Of a DNA stretch of 37,846 nt, positions 36,142-37,846 are shown one piece after another. Source of the stretch: Candidatus Zixiibacteriota bacterium (GTDB taxonomy: Bacteria > Zixibacteria > MSB-5A5 > CAIYYT01); the NCBI GenBank assembly GCA_040235515.1, contig JBECKX010000025.1, positions 1-37,846 on the forward strand. Reading direction: 5' to 3'. Positions within the stretch are counted from its first letter, which is position 1. Every line of letters begins with the position of its first letter. The translations under genes and the position numbers were made by a program. Below the pieces are notes generated by a model. The model did no database searches, was not told where the DNA came from, and worked only from the letters and a program-made list of their open reading frames with translations.

Positions 36142-37428
36142 CTAGATGACAGGCACTTCGGGAGCGTTTTCGTCGATCAACTCGTTGTAAAGCGGAAAAC
36201 GGTCGCACAGCGCGTCGACCTCGTTCTTCACTTCAGCGAGAACTTCCGCATTATCTATGTTATTGACGACACGATCGATGAACCCGGCAACCTGTCTGAC
36301 GTCGGCTTCCTTCATACCACGCGTCGTCACCGCGGGAGTACCGATTCTGATTCCAGAGGTAACGAGTGGTGGTTGAGGATCGAATGGAACGGTATTCTTG
36401 TTGGTGGTGATACCGGCCTGGTCGAGAGCTTCCTCTACCTGTTTACCGGTCATTCCCCGTTCAACGAATGAGAGAAGTATGAGGTGGGTATCGGTGCCGC
36501 CCGAGACGACGTGGAATCCTCGCTGCTTGAATACCTCGGCCATCGCGGCGGCGTTGGCAACGATCTGCTTCTGATACGTCTTGAACTCGGGCTGCATGGC
36601 CTCTTTGAGTGCTACGGCCTTGGCCGCGATGATGTGCATCAGCGGCCCGCCCTGGATGCCGGGCATTACCATCTTGTCGAGGTCTTTGCGGTATTTCTTC
36701 TTGCAAAGCACCATACCACCACGGGGACCGCGCAGGGTCTTGTGGGTGGTGGTTGTCACAAAGTCGGCATAGGGTACCGGCGAGGGATGCAACCCTGCGG
36801 CGACCAGTCCGGCGAAATGAGCCATATCAACCATGAAGATGGCGTCCACCTCGTCTGCGATCTCCCTGAATTTTGCGAAGTCGAGCGTACGCGGATATGC
36901 AGAAGCCCCGGCGATGATCATTTTGGGCCTGGTTTCTATAGCTTGCCTGCGGAGGGCGTCGTAGTCAACCGTTTCAGTATCCTTATTGACTTCGTATCCG
37001 ACGACATTGAAGAGGAATCCTGAGAAATTGAGGGGATGACCGTGGGTCAGATGCCCGCCGTGAGAGAGGCTCATACCGAGGATCGTATCGCCCGGCTTGA
37101 GCACGGTGAAGTAGACCGCCATGTTTGCCTGCGAGCCGGAGTGAGGCTGCACGTTGGCATGTTCGGCGCCGAAGAGTTCCTTGGCGCGATTGCGGGCGAG
37201 GCTTTCGGCGACATCGACGAACTCGCAACCACCGTAGTAGCGGCGATTCGGGTAGCCTTCGGCATACTTATTGGTCATGACCCCGCCGGCGGCTTCAAGG
37301 ATCGCCGGCGAGACAAAGTTTTCCGAAGCGATCAGTTCGATTTTCTTGTTCTGGCGGCGGGTTTCTCCCTGCATGGCGGCGTAGATTTCGGGATCAACCT
37401 GTTTCAGGTATGATTGCAGCTCAGACAT
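36142..37428 (-). CDS. glyA: Serine hydroxymethyltransferase
   Basis: [55 protein letters not shown] 37428 follows GAGGAG. Confidence 0.98.
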   Translation of the reverse strand: MSELQSYLKQVDPEIYAAMQGETRRQNKKIELIASENFVSPAILEAAGGVMTNKYAEGYPNRRYYGGCEFVDVAESLARNRAKELFGAEHANVQPHSGSQANMAVYFTVLKPGDTILGMSLSHGGHLTHGHPLNFSGFLFNVVGYEVNKDTETVDYDALRRQAIETRPKMIIAGASAYPRTLDFAKFREIADEVDAIFMVDMAHFAGLVAAGLHPSPVPYADFVTTTTHKTLRGPRGGMVLCKKKYRKDLDKMVMPGIQGGPLMHIIAAKAVALKEAMQPEFKTYQKQIVANAAAMAEVFKQRGFHVVSGGTDTHLILLSFVERGMTGKQVEEALDQAGITTNKNTVPFDPQPPLVTSGIRIGTPAVTTRGMKEADVRQVAGFIDRVVNNIDNAEVLAEVKNEVDALCDRFPLYNELIDENAPEVPVI

Positions 37429-37568
37429 CTTACAACTCCTCAATGCGGTCAATTTGCTACCGAATCGGGCCGAATCGTGCGACATTGCCCGAATAGTCTA
37501 CATATATACCGTATGAAGAAAGCAGACAAAACAGGATTTTTCCGCAATTGTCCGCCGCTGCGCTCCCT

Positions 37569-37846
37569 TTAGTTGTCGCTTGCCACGCTCTTGCTGAACT
37601 TATCTATCACGTATCCCCAGGCGCGGTCAAAATAGGCGTAGACCTCATCGAAGCCGGGATCGGTACCCCAGCCGATGTGGTGGAGCGTAACGCGCGTCTG
37701 ACCGGCGTCCGCATCCTCGAACATAATGACCACTCTGGTCTTGATATAGCGATAGATTCCGAGTTGCGGGGGAGCATTCCATTCGAAGGAGAGCATCCGC
37801 TCAGGCAGAAATGAAAGAATGAAGCAGTTTTCGCTCCCGCGGTTGC
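37569..37846 (-). CDS. SRPBCC/Aha1-domain protein (5' end outside the window)
   Basis: Open frame extends to the window edge: ..GSENCFILSFLPERMLSFEWNAPP...TRVTLHHIGW...YFDRAW. Confidence 0.8.
   Translation of the reverse strand, partial: NRGSENCFILSFLPERMLSFEWNAPPQLGIYRYIKTRVVIMFEDADAGQTRVTLHHIGWGTDPGFDEVYAYFDRAWGYVIDKFSKSVASDN

Noticed and set aside
37495..37512. CTACATATAT as an NrdR box upstream of the glyA-nrdR operon
   Set aside because: A conserved terminal position mismatches on both strands; better explained as a -10 region.
1..37846. Mobile elements, prophage, defence systems, rRNA/tRNA
   Set aside because: No transposase, integrase, reverse transcriptase, nuclease or tRNA/rRNA signature was recognised; dinB sits in a chromosomal context.

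Overview
Ordinary chromosomal DNA (~55-58% GC by eye) from a bacterium whose secreted proteins carry T9SS/FlgD-like C-terminal domains and dockerins, a combination typical of Zixibacteria and related FCB-adjacent lineages (inference). The left end holds secreted/envelope genes arranged divergently around an ~830 bp regulatory region with two sigma54-like promoters, IHF-like sites and an NtrC-type palindrome. The rest is mostly housekeeping: dinB, a PLP aminotransferase, dapF, MFS, argS, MATE, HDAC-family, FAH-family, a GlmU-like/galT/glgA cluster, purD, TPR, a cysteine synthase/CBS-family gene, DUF1573, archease-rtcB, ferredoxin, tatC, nrdR, DUF62, cutA and glyA. I saw no transposase, integrase, CRISPR array, rRNA or tRNA. 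The most interesting signals are: (i) a candidate ~75 nt hairpin small RNA with its own promoter and U-tail, convergent with archease-rtcB; (ii) an ~200 nt multi-hairpin element with paired ends after glgA; (iii) two apparent pseudoenzymes, an EPSP-synthase-fold protein coupled to argS and a YhfC/PrsW-like membrane protein, both with their catalytic motifs replaced; (iv) an adjacent cohesin-like/dockerin gene pair. All family calls come from recognising motifs by eye; no database search was run.
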